Source of the DNA: Octopus vulgaris | Taxonomy: Eukaryota | Assembly: GCA_951406725.2 (NCBI GenBank) | Contig: OX597839.1 | Coordinates: 10,230,001-10,294,000 of the forward strand | DNA: 64,000 nucleotides | Direction: 5' to 3' | In this document: positions 63,507-64,000 of the stretch, one piece after another | Numbering within the stretch: position 1 is the stretch's first letter | Layout of the letters: each line of letters starts with the position of its first letter | Translations under genes and position numbers: made by a program | Notes under the pieces: model-generated | The model's database searches: none | Told to the model about the DNA's origin: nothing | The model's input: only the letters and a program-made list of their open reading frames with translations

Positions 63507-64000
63507 TCAGGTCATCCCATAAGTTCTGTCCGATTTTACCTTTTTAAAAATTGAATGAAATTTAATAGTATTTCAGAATGATTAATGGAATTAAAAATTA
63601 TTTTTATGCATTTGTGTACATTTAAACTAATTAAATATTATTTTACAGAATAATAGAATTTAAAATTCTTTGATTAAAATCCTTTCTAACGTGTAAGTAT
63701 CCAAAGAGCATTTGAGGCACATAATGTGTTATGAGTACAAAAAAGGAAACTCTGCAGCCGAAGCGACTCGAAACATACACTCAGTTTATGGGAAAGAATG
63801 CTCGAATGAAAGAACTTGCAGAAGATGGTTTGCAAAATTCATTAGTTGAGATTTCAACCTTGAAGATCGAACAACAATCGGACAGGACGTCCAGTTGAGT
63901 TTGATAATAAGCTCCTTGGGGTATTACTTGAAGAAAATCCTACATTATCAGTTGAAGAATTGGCAATAAAGTTTAGTTCAAACTATACAACTGTTCATCG
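63507..64000 (+). mobile_element. Mariner element 5' end with a pseudogenized transposase HTH, running off the window
   Basis: TA plus putative TIR tcaggtcatcccataagttc. From 63691 reads KEHLRHIMCYEYKKGNSAAEATRNIHSVYG...RTCRRWFAKF, then GRPVEFD..LLEENP..SVEELA, with stops. Confidence 0.85.

Overview
Eukaryotic, AT-rich, microsatellite-saturated DNA. It is very likely an octopus (coleoid cephalopod) intron or intergenic region; this is inferred from the SINE families and simple-repeat density. I could not support any host protein-coding gene, and nearly all ORFs in the track are translations of (TA)n, (CA)n, (CATA)n or (ATCT)n arrays. The window holds a nested set of mobile elements: at least four tRNA-headed SINE families; RTE, CR1-like, R4/Dong-like, other REL-type and Tx1/L1 LINE remnants; mariner/Tc1 fragments; a GGATC-terminal MITE family; and two non-autonomous Helitrons. 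The most striking signal is a recurrent hammerhead-ribozyme (HHR) system that inserts into (TA)n. It has four parts: (i) a 353-bp, hairpin-rich tandem unit with type-I HHRs and an inverted third copy (50872-51913), resembling a retrozyme/circRNA template, plus a diverged relative at 38653 that keeps the hairpins; (ii) a young Penelope-like element (32518-35711) with perfect 146-bp HHR-containing inverted ends and an intact GIY-YIG-only ORF; (iii) a second, decayed Penelope-like element with an HHR; (iv) many 150-300 bp minimal-HHR mini-elements, several with fold-back ends. SINE and microsatellite boundaries are approximate (about 10-20 bp) because they were read by eye.
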